This document shows positions 1 to 12,700 of a stretch of DNA of 64,000 nt, piece by piece. Origin of the DNA: Tubulanus polymorphus (lineage: Eukaryota; Animalia; Nemertea); contig NC_134035.1 in the NCBI RefSeq assembly GCF_964204645.1, positions 10,386,451-10,450,450 of the forward strand. The letters run 5' to 3'. Made by a program: the position numbers and the translations under genes. How positions within the stretch are numbered: position 1 is the first letter of the stretch; every line of letters begins with the position of its first letter. The notes beneath the pieces are model-generated. The model saw nothing but the letters and a program-made list of their open reading frames with translations, made no database searches and had not been told where the DNA came from.

Positions 1-740
1 TTGTACATCAACACTGGCCTAACGTTATGTTCTGTTTCCTAATTATGTGATACCTACACGGACAAATAGCCATAGTTGACTATTTCAACTATGGTAAAGT
101 TAAAAGATTAAAGTCACAATATCATGTTGAAACTATATCTCAGTTTAGGAGTTAACTCATCAGACCTGCAGCCCAAACAAGGTGCTCGACGCAACCATTT
201 ACCCATAGTGACTAACCTAACTTGACTTCTCTATCAACCAAGGATCGAATACCAATATCGTGAATTAATGGAGCTTAGCTTTTATTAGACTCTAACATTG
301 CATTAAACATTATAAAATAATTTCCTTTAAAACACTATATCAGACTGGTTTGAAAAAGGGTGATAAGTAAAAAAATCAATACTTTACGACAGAAATCCGC
401 TATCGTCTTTGCCGCTCCTGTATCTCAGTGTTTATAAGATGCGCTATTGTTAATGCTGATCCTAATAAGATACACTATTGTCTTTGCTGCTTTTAAAACA
501 GTGCTTATCCTGAATCAGTGTTAATGAGATAATCCATTAGCTTTGTCGGTTGAATCAATGTTTATAAGATTCACTATATTCTCTACTGCTCCTGATAAAA
601 TATTTTATAGAAATCAACCACCGTTTGTAGAAGAATCCATCGTTGAGTGATTTCCGTTGCTGGCTCCTCAACTTCTCATCTGGGCTTCTGCAGTTTTCAT
701 CAGCAAATGGGTCAATCAGTATCTACGTGTAGATTTTCCG

Positions 741-3700
741 ATGAGTAGTTGATCTCAAGCTGGGTTTTTTCTCGCAGTTGATATTTAGCTGCAATGATTA
801 AAAGAAGATATCCTTTAATAACAAAATATTTCAATGAGAATTAATCGTAATAATTCCATGTATATCAAGTTACCTTTTATGATTGCTGGTTTCATTATCG
901 GCGATTATCTTATTAGTTGATTGGTTAATGAGTTCGATCCTAGTTAGCTGTGCGCCTTTCAAGTTGGTCGATTTTTGACTAGTAGTTGTTCTCAAACTGG
1001 GTTTTTTCTCATAGTTGAAATTTAGCTGCAATGATCAAAAGAAGATATCCTTTAATGACAAAATATTTCAATAAGAATTAATCGTAATAATTCCATGTAT
1101 ATCAAGTTACCTTTTATGATGGCTGGTTTCATTATCGGCGATTATCTTATTAGTCGATTGGTTAAAGAGTTCGATCCTAGTTGGCTGTGCGCCGTTCAAG
1201 TTGGTCAATTTTTGACGAGTGGTTGTTCTCAAACTTAGTTTTTTCGCATAGTTGAAATTTAGCTGCAATGATTAAAAAGATAATCTTTAATGACAAAATA
1301 TTTCAATAAGAATTAATCATAATAATTTCATCAATATCAAGTTACCTTTTATGATTGCTTGGTTCGTTATCGGTGTGGATCATCTAAAGTTGCTGGGTTA
1401 ATGAGTTCGATTCTGTTGGCTCCATCTGTGTGCTGTTCAAGTTGGTCGATTTTGGCAGAGTAGTTGTTCTCAAGCTGGGTTCTTTCTCATAGTTGAAATT
1501 TAGCTGCAATGATCAAAAATAGATATCCTTTAATGACAAAATATTTCAATAAGAATTAATTGTAATAATTCCATGTGTATCAAGTTACCTTTTATGATTG
1601 CTGGTTTCATAATCGGCGATTATCTTATTAGTTGATTGGTTAAGGAGTTCGATTCTAGTTGCCTGTGCGCTGTTCAAGTTGGTTGATTTTGGATGAGTAG
1701 TTGTTCTCAGTTGGGTTTTTTCTCATAGTTGAAATTTAGCTGCAATGATTAAAAGAAGATATCCTGTAATGACAAAATATTTCAATAAGAATTAATCGTA
1801 AAAATTTCATGTATATCAAGTTACCTTTTATGATTGCTTGTTTCGTTTTCGGCGTGGATCATCTAAAGTTGGTTGGTTAATGACTTCGATTCTGTTGGCC
1901 TCATCTGTTCGCTGTTCCACTTGGTCGATTTTGGACGAGTAGCTGATCTCAAGTTGGGTTTCTTCTTATAGTTGAAATTTAGCTGCAATGATCAAAAGAA
2001 GATATCCTGTAATGACAAAATATTTCAATAAGAATTAATCGTAATAATTTCATGTATATAATTTACCTTTTATGATTGCTGGTTTCATTATCGCGATTAT
2101 CTTATTAGTTGATTGGTTAATGAGTTCGATCCTAGTTAGCTGTGCGCTGTTCAAGTTGGTCGATTTTTTACGAGTAGTTGTTCTCAAACTGGGTTTTTTC
2201 ACATAGTTAAAATTTAGCTGCAATGATTAAAAGAAGATATGCTGTGATGACAAAATATTTCAATAAGAATTGATCATAATAATTTCATGTATATCAAGTT
2301 ACCTTTTATGATTGCTTGGTTCGTTATCGGCGTGGATCATCTAAAGTTGGTTGGTTAATAACTTCGATTCTGTTGGCCTCATCTGTTCGCTGTTCCAGTT
2401 GGTCGATTTTGGACGAGTAGCTGATCTCAAGCTGGGTTTCTTCTTATAGTTGAAATTTAGCTGCAACGATTAAAAGAAGATATCCTGTAATGACAAAATA
2501 TTTCAATAAGAATTAATCGTAATAATTTCATGTATATCAAGTTACCTTTTATGATTGCTTGGTTCGTTATCGATGTGGATCATCTAAAGTTGGTGGGTTA
2601 ATGAGTTCGATTCTGTTGGCTTCATCTGTGTGCTGTTCAAGTTGGTCGATTTTGGCAGAGTAGTTGTTCTCAAGCTGGGTTCTTTCTCATAGTTGAAATT
2701 TAGCTGCAATGATCAAAAATAGATATCCTTTAATGACAAAATATTTCAATAAGAATTAATTGTAATAATTCCATGTGTATCAAGTTACCTTTTATGATTG
2801 CTGGTTTCATAATCGGCGATTATCTTATTAGTTGATTGGTTAAGGAGTTCGATTCTAGTTGCCTGTGCGCTGTTCAAGTTGGTTGATTTTGGATGAATAG
2901 TTGTTCTCAGTTGGGTTTTTTCTCATAGTTGAAATTTAGCTGCAATGATTAAAAGAAGATATCCTGTAATGACAAAATATTTCAATAAGAATTAATCGTA
3001 AAAATTTCATGTATATCAAGTTAACTTTTATGATTGCTTGTTTCGTTTTCGGCGTGGATCATCTAAAGTTGGTTGGTTAATGACTTCGATTCTGTTGGCC
3101 TCATCTGTTCGCTGTTCCACTTGGTCGATTTTGGACGAGTAGCTGATCTCAAGTTGGGTTTCTTCTTATAGTTGAAATTTAGCTGCAATGATCAAAAGAA
3201 GATATCCTGTAATGACAAAATATTTCAATAAGAATTAATCGTAATAATTTCATGTATATAATTTACCTTTTATGATTGCTGGTTTCATTATCGCGATTAT
3301 CTTATTAGTTGATTGGTTAACGAGTTCGATCCTAGTTAGCTGTGCGCTGTTCAAGTTGGTCGATTTTTTACGAGTAGTTGTTCTCAAACTGGGTTTTTTC
3401 ACATAGTTAAAATTTAGCTGCAATGATTAAAAGAAGATATGCTGTGATGACAAAATATTTCAATAAGAATTAATCATAATAATTTCATGTATATCAAGTT
3501 ACCTTTTATGATTGCTTGGTTCGTTATCGGCGTGGATCATCTAAAGTTGGTTGGTTAATAACTTCGATTCTGTTGGCCTCATCTGTTCGCTGTTCCAGTT
3601 GGTCGATTTTGGACGAGTAGCTGATCTCAAGCTGGGTTTCTTCTTATAGTTGAAATTTAGCTGCAATGATTAAAAGAAGATATCCTGTAATGACAAAATA

Positions 3701-6700
3701 TTTCAATAAGAATTAATCGTAATAATTTCATGCATATCAAGATACCTTTTATGATTGCTGGTTTCATTATCGCGATTATGTTATTAGTTGATTGGTTAAT
3801 GAGTTTGATCCTAGTTAGCTGTGCGCTGTTCAAGTTGGTCGATTTTTTATGAGTAGTTGTTCTCAAACTGGGTTTTTTCGCATAGTTAAAATTTAGCTGC
3901 AATGATTAAAAGAAGATATCCCGTAATGAAAAAATATTTCAATAAGAATTAATCATAATAATTTCATGTATACCAAGTTACCTTTTATGATTGCTTGTTT
4001 CGTTAACAGCGTGGATCATCTAAAGTTGGTTGGTTAATAACTTCGATTCTGTTGGCCTCATCTGTTCGCTGTTCCAGTTGGTCGATTTTGGACGAGCAGC
4101 TGATCTCAAGCTGGGTTTCTTCTTATAGTTGAAATTTAGCTGCAATGATTAAAAGAAGATATCCTGTAATGACAAAATATTTCCATAAGTATTAATCGTA
4201 ATAATTCCATGTATATCAAGTTACCTTTTATGATTGCTTGGTTCGTTATCGGTGTGGATCATCTAAAGTTGGTGGGTTAATGAGTTCGATTCTGTTGGCC
4301 TCATCTGTGCCCTGTTCCAGTTGGTCGATTTTGGATGAGTAGTTGATCTCAAGCTGGGTTTTTTCGCATAGTTGAAATTTAGCTGCAATGATTAAAAGAT
4401 ATCCTGTAATGACAAAATATTTCAATAACAATTAATCGTAATAATTCCATGTATATTAAGTTACCTTTTATGATTAATGGTTTCATTATTGGCGATTATC
4501 TTATTAGTTGATTGGTTAAGGAGTTCGATTCTAGTTGCCTGTGCGCTGTTCAAGTTGGTTGATTTTGGATGAGTAGTTGTTCTCAGTTGGGTTTTTTCTC
4601 ATAGTTGAAATTTAGCTGCAATGATTAAAAGAAGATATCCTGTAATGACAAAATATTTCAATAAGAATTAATCGTAAAAATTTCATGTATATCAAGTTAC
4701 CTTTTATGATTGCTTGTTTCGTTTTCGGCGTGGATCATCTAAAGTTGGTTGGTTAATGACTTCGATTCTGTTGGCCTCATCTGTTCGCTGTTCCACTTGG
4801 TCGATTTTGGACGAGTAGCTGATCTCAAGTTGGGTTTCTTCTTATAGTTGAAATTTAGCTGCAATGATCAAAAGAAGATATCCTGTAATGACAAAATATT
4901 TCAATAAGAATTAATCGTAATAATTTCATGCATATAATTTACCTTTTATGATTGCTGGTTTCATTATCGCGATTATCTTATTAGTTGATTGGTTAATGAG
5001 TTCGATCCTAGTTAGCTGTGCGCTGTTCAAGTTGGTCGATTTTTTACGAGTAGTTGTTCTCAAACTGGGTTTTTTCACATAGTTAAAATTTAGCTGCAAT
5101 GATTAAAAGAAGATATGCTGTGATGACAAAATATTTCAATAAGAATTAATCGTAATAATTTCATGTATATCAAGTTACCTTTTATGATTGCTTGTTTCGT
5201 TATCGGCGTGGATCATCTAAAGTTGGTTGGTTAATGACTTCGATTCTGTTGGTTTCATCTGTTCGCTGTTCCAGTTGGTCGATCTTGGACGAGTAGCTGA
5301 TCTCAAGCTGGGTTTCTTCTTATAGTTGAAATTCAGCTGCAATGATTAACAGAAGATATCCTGTAATGACAAAATATTTCAATAAGAATTAATCGTAATA
5401 ATTTCATGCATATCAAGTTACCTTTTATGATTGCTGGTTTCATTATCGCGATTATCTTATTAGTTGATTGATTAAAGAGTTCGATCCTAGTTAGCTGTGC
5501 GTTGTTCAAGTTGGTCGATTTTGGACGAGTAGCTGATCTCAAGTTGGGTTTCTTCTTATAGTTGAAATTTAGCTGCAATGATTAAAAGAAGATATCCTGT
5601 AATGACAAAATATTTCAATAAGAATTAATCGTAATAATTTCATGCATATCAAGATACCTTTTATGATTGCTGGTTTCGTTTTCAGCGTGGATCATCTAAA
5701 GTTGGTTGGTTAATGACTTCGATTCTGTTGGCCTCATCTGTTCGCTGTTCCACTTGGTCGATTTTGGACGAGCAGCTGATCTCAAGCTGGGTTTCTTCTT
5801 ATAGTTGAAATTTAGCTGCAATGATTAAAAGAAGATATCCTGTAATGACAAAATATTTCCATAAGTATTAATCGTAATAATTCCATGTATATCAAGTTAC
5901 CTTTTATGATTGCTTGGTTCGTTATCGGTGTGGATCATCTAAAGTTGGTGGGTTAATGAGTTCGATTCTGTTGGCCTCATCTGTGCCCTGTTCCAGTTGG
6001 TAGATTTTGGATGAGTAGTTGATCTCAAGCTGGGTTTTTTCGCATAGTTGAAATTTAGCTGCAATGATTAAAAGATATCCTGTAATGACAAAATATTTCA
6101 ATAACAATTAATCGTAATAATTCCATGTATATTAAGTTACCTTTTATGATTAATGGTTTCATTATTGGCGATTATCTTATTAGTTGATTGGTTAAGGAGT
6201 TCGATTCTAGTTGCCTGTGCGCTGTTCAAGTTGGTTGATTTTGGATGAGTAGTTGTTCTCAGTTGGGTTTTTTCTCATAGTTGAAATTTAGCTGCAATGA
6301 TTAAAAGAAGATATCCTGTAATGACAAAATATTTCAATTAGAATTAATCATAAAAATTTCATGTATATCAAGTTACCTTTTATGATTGCTTGTTTCGTTT
6401 TCGGCGTGGATCATCTAAAGTTGGTTGGTTAATGACTTTGATTCTGTTGGCCTCATCTGTTCGCTGTTCCACTTGGTCGATTTTGGACGAGTAGCTGATC
6501 TCAAGTTGGGTTTCTTCTTATAGTTGAAATTTAGCTGCAATGATCAAAAGAAGATATCCTGTAATGACAAAATATTTCAATTAGAATTAATCGTAATAAT
6601 TTCATGTATATAATTTACCTTTTATGATTGCTGGTTTCATTATCGCGATTATCATATTAGTTGATTGGTTAATGAGTTCGATCCTAGTTAGCTGTGCGCT

Positions 6701-9700
6701 GTTCAAGTTGGTCAATTTTTTACGAGTAGTTGTTCTCAAACTGGGTTTTTTCACATAGTTAAAATTTAGCTGCAATGATTAAAAGAAGATATCCCGTAAT
6801 GACAAAATATTTCAATAAGAATTAATCGTAATAATTGCATGTATATCAAGTTACCTTTTATGATTGCTTGTTTCGTTATCGGCGTGGATCATCTAAAGTT
6901 GGTTGGTTAATAACTTCGATTCTGTTGGTTTCATCTGTTCGCTGTTCCAGTTGGTCGATTTTGGACGAGTAGCTGATCTCAAGCTGGGTTTCTTCTTATA
7001 GTTGACAAAATATTTCAATAAGAATTAATCGTAATAATTTCATGCATATCAAGTTACCTTTTATGATTGCTGGTTTCATTATCGCGATTATCTTATTAGT
7101 TGATTGATTAAAGAGTTCGATCCTAGTTAGCTGTGCGTTGTTCAAGTTGGTCGATTTTGGACGAGTAGCTGATCTCAAGTTGGGTTTCTTCTTATAGTTG
7201 AAATTTAGCTGCAATGATTAAAAGAAGATATCCTGTAATGACAAAATATTTCAATAAGAATTAATCGTAATAATTTCATGCATATCAAGATACCTTTTAT
7301 GATTGCTGGTTTCATTATCGCGATTATGTTATTAGTTGATTGGTTAATGAGTTTGATCCTAGTTGGCTGTGCGCTGTTCAAGTTGGTCGATTTTTTATGA
7401 GTAGTTGTTCTCAAACTGGGTTTTTTCGCATAGTTGAAATTTAGCTGCAATGATTAAAAGAAGATATCCCGTAATGACAAAATATTTCAATAAGAATTAA
7501 TCGTAATAATTTCATGTATACCAAGTTACCTTTTATGATTGCTTGTTTCGTTATCGGTGTGGATCATCTAAAGTTGGTTGGTTAATAACTTCGATTCTGT
7601 TGGCCTCATCTGTTTGCTGTTCCAGTTGGTCGATTTTGGACGAGCAGCTGATCTCAAGCTGGGTTTCTTCTTATAGTTGAAATTTAGCTGCAATGATTAA
7701 AAGAAGATATCCTGTAATGACAAAATATTTCCATAAGTATTAATCGTAATAATTCCATGTATATCAAGTTACCTTTTATGATTGCTTGGTTCGTTATCGG
7801 TGTGGATCATCTAAAGTTGGTGGGTTAATGAGTTCGATTCTGTTGGCCTCATCTGTGCCCTGTTCCAGTTGGTCGATTTTGGATGAGTAGTTGATCTCAA
7901 GCTGGGTTTTTTCGCATAGTTGAAATTTAGCTGCAATGATTAAAAGATATCCTGTAATGACAAAATATTTCAATAACAATTAATCGTAATAATTCCATGT
8001 ATATTAAGTTACCTTTTATGATTAATGGTTTCATTATTGGCGATTATCTTATTAGTTGATTGGTTAAGGAGTTCGATTCTAGTTGCCTGTGCGCTGTTCA
8101 AGTTGGTTGATTTTGGATGAGTAGTTGTTCTCAGTTGGGTTTTTTCTCATAGTTGAAATTTAGCTGCAATGATTAAAAGAAGATATCCTGTAATGACAAA
8201 ATATTTCAATAAGAATTAATCGTAAAAATTTCATGTATATCAAGTTACCTTTTATGATTGCTTGTTTCGTTTTCGGCGTGGATCATCTAAAGTTGGTTGG
8301 TTAATGACTTCGATTCTGTTGGCCTCATCTGTTCGCTGTTCCACTTGGTCGATTTTGGACGAGTAGCTGATCTCAAGTTGGGTTTCTTCTTATAGTTGAA
8401 ATTTAGCTGCAATGATCAAAAGAAGATATCCTGTAATGACAAAATATTTCAATAAGAATTAATCGTAATAATTTCATGTATATAATTTACCTTTTATGAT
8501 TGCTGGTTTCATTATCGCGATTATCTTATTAGTTGATTGGTTAATGAGTTCGATCCTAGTTAGCTGTGCGCTGTTCAAGTTGGTCGATTTTTTACGAGTA
8601 GTTGTTCTCAAACTGGGTTTTTTCACATAGTTAAAATTTAGCTGCAATGATTAAAAGAAGATATGCTGTGATGACAAAATATTTCAATAAGAATTAATCG
8701 TAATAATTTCATGTATATCAAGTTACCTTTTATGATTGCTTGTTTCGTTATCGGCGTGGATCATCTAAAGTTGGTTGGTTAATGACTTCGATTCTGTTGG
8801 CCTCAACTGTTCGCTGTTCCAGTTGGTCGATCTTGGACGAGTAGCTGATCTCAAGTTGGGTTTCTTCTGATAGTTGAAATTTAGCTGCAATGATTAAAAG
8901 AAGATATCCTGTAATGACAAAATATTTCAATAAGAATTAATCGTAATAATTTCATGCATATCAAGATACCTTTTATGATTGCTGGTTTCATTATCGCGAT
9001 TATGTTATTAGTTGATTGGTTAATGAGTTTGATCCTAGTTAGCTGTGCGCTGTTCAAGTTGGTCAATTTTTTATGAGTAGTTGTTCTCAAACTGGGTTTT
9101 TTCGCATAGTTGAAATTTAGCTGCAATGATCAAAAGAAGATATCCCGTAATGACAAAATATTTCAATAAGAATTAATCGTTATAATTTCATGTATATCAA
9201 GTTACCTTTTATGATTGCTTGGTTCGTTATCGGCGTGGATCATCTAAAGTTGGTTGGTTAATGACTTCGATTCTGTTGGCCTCATCTGTTCGCTGTTCCA
9301 GTTGATCGATTTGGACGAGTAGCTGATCTCAAGTTGGGTTTCTTCTTATAGTTGAAATTTAGCTGCAATGATTAAAAGAAGATATCCCGTCATGACAAAA
9401 TATTTCAATAAGAATTAATCGTAATAATTTCATGTATATCAAGTTACCTTTTATGATTGCTTGTTTCGTTATCGGCGTGGATCATCTAAAGTAAGTTGGT
9501 TAATGACTTCGATTCTGTTGGCCTCATCTGTTCGCTGTTCCAGTTGGTCGATTTTGGACGAGTAGCTGATCCCAATTTGGGTTTCTTCTTATAGTTGAAA
9601 TTTAGCTGCAGTGATTAAAAGAAGATATCCTGTAATGACAAAATATTTCAATAAGAATTAATCGTAATAATTTCATGTATATCAAGTTACCTTTTATGAT

Positions 9701-12700
9701 TGCTTGTTTCGTTATCGGCGTGGATCATCTAAAGTTGGTTGGTTAATAACTTCGATTCTGTTGGCCTCATCTGCTGCTGTTCCAGTTGGTCGATTTTAGA
9801 CGAGTAGCTGATCTCAAGTTGGGTTTCTTCTTATAGTTGAAATTTAGCTGCAATGATTAAAAGAAGATATCCTGTAATGACAAAATATTTCAATTAGAAT
9901 TAATCGTAATAATTTCATGCATATCAAGTTACCTTTTATGATTGCTAGTTTCATTATCGCGATTATCTTATTAGCTGATTGGTTAATGAGTTCGATCCTA
10001 GTTAGCTGTGCGTTGTTCAAGTTGGTCGATTTTTTATGAGTAGTTGTTCTCAAACTGGGTTTTTTCTCATAGTTGAAATTTAGCTGCAATGATCAAAAGA
10101 AGATATCCCGTAATGACAAAATATTTCAATAAGAATTAATCGTAATAATTTCATGTATATCAAGTTACCTTTTATGATTGCTTGTTTCGTTATCGGCGTG
10201 GATCATCTAAAGTTGGTTGGTCAATAACTTCGATTCTGTTGGTTTCATCTGTTCGCTGTTCCAGTTGGTCGATTTTGGACTAGTAGCTGATCTCAAGCTG
10301 GGTTTCTTCTTATAGTTGAAATTCAGCTGCAATGATTAACAGAAGATATCCTGTAATGACAAAATATTTCAATAAGAATTAATCGTAATAATTTCATGCA
10401 TATCAAGTTACCTTTTATGATTGCTGGTTTCATTATCGCGATTATCTTATTAGTTGATTGGTTAATGAGTTCGATCCTAGTTAGCTGTGCGTTGTTCAAG
10501 TTGGTCGATTTTTTATGAGTAGTTGTTCTCAAACTGGGTTTTTTCTCATAGTTGAAATTTAGCTGCAATGATCAAAAGAAGATATCCCGTAATGACAAAA
10601 TATTTCAATAAGAATTAATCGTTATAATTTCATGTATATCAAGTTACCTTTTATGATTGCTTGGTTCGTTATCGGCGTGGATCATCTAAAGTTGGTTGGT
10701 TAATGACTTCGATTCTGTTGGCCTCATCTGTTAGCTGTTCCAGTTGGTCGATCTTGGACGAGTAGCTGATCTCAAGTTGGGTTTCTTCTGATAGTTGAAA
10801 TTTAGCTGCAATGATTAAAAGAAGATATCCTGTAATGACAAAATATTTCAATAAGAATTAATCGTAATAATTGCATGTATATCAAGTTACCTTTTATGAT
10901 TGCTTGTTTCTTTATCGGCGTGGATCATCTAAAGTTGGTTGGTTAATGACTTCGATTCTGTTGGCCTCATCTGTTCGCTGTTCCAGTTGGTCGATTTTGG
11001 ACGAGTAGCTGATCCCAATTTGGGTTTCTTCTTATAGTTGAAATTTAGCTGCAGTGATTAAAAGAAGATATCCTGTAATGACAAAATATTTCAATAAGAA
11101 TTAATCGTAATAATTTCATGTATATCAAGTTACCTTTTATGATTGCTTGTTTCGTTATCGGCATGGATCATCTAAAGTTGGTTGGTTAATAACTTCGATT
11201 CTGTTGGCCTCATCTGCTGCTGTTCCAGTTGGTCGATTTTTTATGAGTAGTTGTTCTCAAACTGGGTTTTTTCTCATAGTTGAAATTTAGCTGCAATGAT
11301 CAAAAGAAGATATCCCGTAATGACAAAATATTTCAATAAGAATTAATCGTAATAATTTCATGTATATCAAGTTACCTTTTAGGATTGCTTGTTTCGTTAT
11401 CAGCGTGGATCATCTAAACTTGGTTGGTTAATAACTTCGATTCTGTTGGCCTCATCTGTTCACTTTTCCAGTTGGTCGATTTTGGACGAGTAGCTGATCT
11501 CAATCTGGGTTTCTTCTTATAGTTGAAATTTAGCTGCAATGATCAAAAGAAGATATCCCGTAATGACAAAATATTTCAATAAGAATTAATCGTAATAATT
11601 TCATGTATATCAAGTTACCTTTTATGATTGCTTGTTTCGTTATCGGCGTGGATCATCTAAAGTTGGTTGGTTAATAACTTCGATTCTGTTGGCCTCATCT
11701 GTTCGCTGTTCCAGTTGGTCGATTTTTTATGAGTAGTTGTTCTCAAACTGGGTTTTTTCACATAGTTAAAATTTAGCTGCAATGATTAAAAGAAGATATG
11801 CTGTGATGACAAAATATTTCAATAAGAATTGATCATAATAATTTCATGTATATCAAGTTACCTTTTATGATTGCTTGGTTCGTTATCGGCGTGGATCATC
11901 TAAAGTTTGTTGGTTAATAACTTCGATTCTGTTGGCCTCATCTGTTCGCTGTTCCAGTTGGTCGATTTTGGGCGAGTAGCTGATCTCAATCTGGGTTTCT
12001 TCTTATAGTTGAAATTTAGCTGCAATGATCAAAAGAAGATATCCCGTAATGACAAAATATTTCAATAAGAATTAATCGTAATAATTTCATGTATATCAAG
12101 TTACCTTTTATGATTGCTTGTTTCGTTATCGGCGTGGATCATCTAAAGTTGGTTGGTCAATAACTTCGATTCTGTTGGTTTCATCTGTTTGCTGTTCCAG
12201 TTGGTCGATTTTGGACTAGTAGCTGATCTCAAGCTGGGTTTCTTCTTATAGTTGAAATTCAGCTGCAATGATTAACAGAAGATATCCTGTAATGACAAAA
12301 TATTTCAATAAGAATTAATCGTAATAATTTCATGCATATCAAGTTACCTTTTATGATTGCTGGTTTCATTATCGCGATTATCTTATTAGTTGATTGGTTA
12401 ATGAGTTCGATCCTAGTTAGCTGTGCGTTGTTCAAGTTGGTCGATTTTTTATGAGTAGTTGTTCTCAAACTGGGTTTTTTCTCATAGTTGAAATTTAGCT
12501 GCAATGATCAAAAGAAGATATCCCGTAATGACAAAATATTTCAATAAGAATTAATCGTAATAATTTCATGTATATCAAGTTACCTTTTATGATTGCTTGG
12601 TTCGTTATCGGGTGGATCATCTAAAGTTGGTTGGTTAATGACTTCGATTCTGTTGGCCTCATCTGTTCGCTGTTCCAGTTGGTCGATTTTGGACGAGCAG

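Noticed and set aside
1880-1915. Hammerhead-like string in A monomers (minus strand cagatgaggccaacagaatcgaagtc)
   Set aside because: The core reads CAGAUGA and GAAG rather than CUGANGA and GAAA, and stem II cannot pair in the copies examined.
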